NCBI GenBank assembly: GCA_029953675.1
Contig: JAMWBK010000008.1
Location: 496,001 to 560,000, forward strand
DNA length: 64,000 nt
Direction: 5' to 3'
Origin: Rhodosorus marinus CCMP1338
Lineage: Eukaryota > Plantae > Rhodophyta
Shown here: piece by piece, positions 60,115-64,000 of the stretch
How positions within the stretch are numbered: the first letter of the stretch is position 1
Layout of the letters: every line of letters begins with the position of its first letter
Notes under the pieces: model-generated
What the model was told of the DNA's origin: nothing
The model's database searches: none
The model's input: only the letters and a program-made list of their open reading frames with translations
Translations under genes and position numbers: made by a program

Positions 60115-60306
60115 GATTGTTCCAGAAGTCAGCGACGTACAAGTTAGAAAGCAAACTTCGTTTGAGGGTCGAATCGCATTGGCAATATGCCGCGAAGATC
60201 ACAATTAGTCGAGGAGGGTCAGCTCCTCATAGCATAAACGCATTGATTCATCCGTGCAGGTGGACGGAAGTAGCTTGTGGAGCGGAGCTGCGGGGTATGA
60301 AGCGTG

Positions 60307-61469
60307 CTATCTTAGCGTTACTCGGAGCGTCTGTTCGGCTGCTTTTCTGACACGTTCTTGCAAGACGTCGACTTCTGAATTGGTTAGGTTTCTGTCCATC
60401 GACCGATACGATACCCTATAGCAGTGAGATCTGAAAGACACGAGCGACTTCAGATTGATCTATCCACGGTATTCAGCAGGACACAGGGGTGGAGGGTCAC
60501 TGCGTACTTTCCAGTCCCAGGCTTTTCGAAATCGTCAATCAATTCGACACGCTCAACTAGGTTTCCTCCAACCGTCCGCACTAGTTCATAAAAGTCGTTC
60601 TCATGGAAGCCTTGAGGGAGCCAAAACGAAACATCCTTGTAGCAAACAGGATGCTTAGAATAGGGCTTGAATGCGGTGACTTTCCCCGGTTGGAACTGCT
60701 CTACAAACCGTCTGTCATCCGACCAGAATAGTCTAATATCCGGAATTTCGAACAGGACCATGGCAAGTCGTTCAAGACCGAGTCCATAGGCCCATCCGAT
60801 TTCCTCATCTTCGACACTCCCGGCTTGAAGCACACCATGTCTAAGGAGACCGCATCCAAGTAGCTCTAGCCATTCGCCGTTCCATTCTACTTCGAGCTCG
60901 AACGAAGGATCTGTGAACGGGAAGTACGCATCTATCCAGCGAGTTTTCGTGTCCGTTCCGAACAGATGAGAAACGAGGCCTTGCAGAGTCTCTTGAAGGT
61001 CCTGAACCATTGATTCACTACATACGTGCTTGAGGACTCTGACCCCATCCGTTTGGTGAAACACCGGGAAATGTGATCGATCTATGGCATCCCTTCTGAA
61101 GACGTCGCCAGTTATCACAAACTCTCTCTCTCCTTGCCGTAGTAGTTGAACGTCATGCGCAGTCATATGCGGACGGAGAACATGATTCCCATTCACGTAG
61201 TACGTATCTGATATCCTCCGAGATGGATGATCCGGCTCGACTAAGAGATCATCGAAACAGGCCTTCGTTGATGTAACGGAATCCAAATCGCTCCAGAACT
61301 TGAACCTTCTTCCGCGCAAGTTTCGATGGTAGTCCTCGATCAGCCTGCGGGTTGTGCACAGGGGATGCCCCGACCGCAGGTGCAGACCCGCAGATCGATG
61401 TTTCCAGATCTCCTCGGGAACATTTAGAGACCCTCTGGATGCAGCGCAAAGCCGTGCACTCCAACGCAT
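60307..61469 (-). CDS. FARS2: Monomeric organellar phenylalanyl-tRNA synthetase, 1 intron near 60440-60520
   Basis: HPSRRISDTYY, GDVFRRDAIDRSHFPVFHQ, YFPFTDPS, GLGLERLAM, DIRLFWS, and a C-terminal anticodon-binding domain ending SHCYRVSYRSMDRNLTNSEV...LRVTLR*. Confidence 0.95.
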
Positions 61470-64000
61470 CCGTAATGAACAACCACCAGTGGCTAAACAG
61501 AGCGAAACTCTGCCCCTGTCCAAACCTCCTCACTCCTGCCAATCCACCGTCAACCAAATCAAGATCCCTCCAAAACCCCTAAAAATCCCCTTTTCCTTCC
61601 ACGAAAACTGAAACTTCAGTCAATATAAAATTCTAACGAATAGAAGGGTGTTCTTTTGTCAAGTCAATCATAATCTTACACCAGAATCCAATCACTCTCT
61701 ACAGAAGAACATCAGAATCTGATAATTCCATATCTGGGACTGGATCTACATTTTCGTCATTCGTCAATATATACGACAAATGGTGCATATTTTTCTGAAT
61801 ATAGTTAATATTATGGCTATATGAATCTATATTTTCCAAAGTATGGATGGAAATGAACGGACTTTTTTCGAAATTTTTAGTAAGCCGGTTTAGTTTGGTG
61901 AGATCCTCGGGTGAGAGCAGCGTCCAACAGAGAATTTGGAAAGGTAGGTTTAACGTGCGGGGGTGGTGGACGGTAAGAGGGTGGTGGTGTGCACCGAAAG
62001 CGTGGCGTGACGATGCAACGCTGAGATTACGTATCCGCTAATGGACAGGTAGTCCAAGCAGATTTTTTTATGTTTTGAAGACGGCGGTCCGCCACCCTTG
62101 GAAGAACTTTTTTCTTCCCAATGCGCGTAGTGGATCCTGCTTTATAACTCGTTGATTGGCGCAGGCGAATTGTAACATTCAGCAATAGCAGAAGATGGAG
62201 GATTCCTCGAGAGGGTGTGAAACCTAACGACTTCCGTGAAAACTGAATTCAGAGCAAAGCTGTCGGTGAGCACTGAGGAGCGTTGGCCCACATGGAAACG
62301 TGAATAAATCATGTGTCGCAGCGCAGTCGGAGTTGAGCAGAACGTTCCAAGCCATGAGCATATATTAGATCGGCTCCGCTTGAGTTCCGACTTTTACTTA
62401 ATTGTTATCGCCATCGCGATCTGCTACCATCGTCCAGTTACGCTCTCCCGATTCCAAATTACGGGGGGGGTTCTTGGAAAGGAAACCCAGACAAAACCCA
62501 GTGTCCAACCGCCTTCTGCCGTGCATATACGTACTGCCACATAGACAAAACGAGATGGGGGGGGGGGAGTAGGGGACTCATTGGTGGCTTGCGCACACCC
62601 ATCCAAGGGGGTTAACTTTGCTGGCTCGTCTTTGGTGGAAGGTTGAACACACTGATGCGTCCTTAACCAACTAAAACACCCCACGGAAACAGAGCTTTGC
62701 TCGTTGAGTGACATGAAATTCGAGACAAGACGGATTGGACTCAACAGAAACCGAAACCTCCCTGAGAACATTCCAATTGCTAGAATGAGGAGCTGGAACT
62801 TGTCCGCAGATCAACGCTATGCTTGCATCAGAATGCGAATCGCGCTCTGACTGCTGGACACATCGATGAACGTCAAAAGACCAAAGCATGAAACAAGAAT
62901 ATTTTCAAGGCGTTATCCAGTTAGTTCGAAGACGACGAATGTATGTCTCAACGAACAGCCTCTGAAACATCCCAATTTGGGGGTTCTGAAACGTGCCAGC
63001 AGATCCTCCTCATCCTTCTCAACGCCGGCTCAGGTTTCGTCACGTTTTTATTCATATCGAATCCACAACTTATTATTTTTCTTAGGGACTAAAGAAGTTT
63101 AGATTCACATTTTGTCAGTCCCATGAAGCCTATTCACAAAAAGCGAACAACCCTTCAACCGCAATACACGTCACACACACAATAAACCAACGAAAAGCGA
63201 ACAGTACCGTCTCCAATTCATCACCAACGGAGCTGTGAGGAGAGGCGCGCCGTTGAGGCGCATTAAGGCTTTCTGAGTTTGTTTTTTTTGCCCAAGCGAA
63301 GCCGAGGTGTTTCAGGTGTAGGTATCCCGCCTATTGTAAGCCCGAAAATTTTGCCCCTCTAGCTTAAATGACCCTTCTACTCGATCAACCTTCAAACCGG
63401 TCACCATCACCGGCCACGTGCTCATCCAGGAGGTCAAAAGTTTCTTTTTCCAGTGTTTCGTAACGGCTGCTCCACGTCGCCAATAGATCTGCCCGACCGT
63501 GCTCACCGTGGGAATCAATAAACCATTTCAAAGCGAACCCACTTCTCAACTACTAACAGGCCACGACTGTTTTCGTTGCGTCCAAATAAAATTTATCCAA
63601 TTACAACATAGAAAGCTCTATGCTTCAAATTTTCTTCGTTATTTCACTATCTTCTGCCAAAGATCGCCCAAAGATGACGGTTCAGATTTACCTCATATCC
63701 AATATAGTTCGTCCCAATATGCTATAAGCATCAAAAACACACTTGGCAAGCCAATTAATGAGCTTTATCCACAATCTTCAAGGAAAATTGTCTTGGAGAA
63801 GGAAAAAATGTTAGGAACCGTAGTAGGGCCCCTAGGCCCCCTCGGCTTGAAGGTAAATCATGACCTCCGTCTGACTAAGTCGTCCACTAGAGATATAGAA
63901 AACCCCAATCTATTGAACAAATAGTTTTACTTTTTTTGAAAGAATTTAAACTTCGTCACTCTCCGATTTACGAATTTTGAGCCAAGGAAAAGCAAGGTCC

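Noticed and set aside
1-64000. tRNA, rRNA, snRNA or spliced-leader genes as retroelement targets
   Set aside because: I recognised no cloverleaf, rRNA or snRNA sequence by eye. A covariance-model scan would be needed to exclude them.

Overview
Gene-dense eukaryotic genomic DNA with short GT-AG introns (mostly ~55-100 nt). A red alga is likely, inferred from the MAFV-type plastid transit peptide on the SOD and the overall gene style. The window has three zones. (1) 1-5.2 kb: CMC4, CWC18, SPO11 and an intron-containing fusion of a bacterial-type WbpB/WlbA dehydrogenase with a WbpD/WlbB N-acetyltransferase. (2) ~5.6-30.6 kb: a scrambled graveyard of CRE-clade-like non-LTR retrotransposons (RT + CCHC + restriction-like endonuclease, at least three families). 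It contains about 20 copies of one 3' end with an (ATC)n tail, many inversions, tail-only micro-insertions, a copia relic and one glutaredoxin gene island. (3) 32-64 kb: mostly host genes, namely a catalytically dead trypsin-like protein, SURF4, a cytochrome b5 heme/steroid-binding protein, a multi-TM class-3 lipase, FANCI, a bacterial-type panD with introns, UCH, CSN4, a plastid/Tat-targeted Mn-SOD and organellar PheRS. Exon boundaries and TE fragment limits were read by eye and are approximate unless stated. No searches were run.
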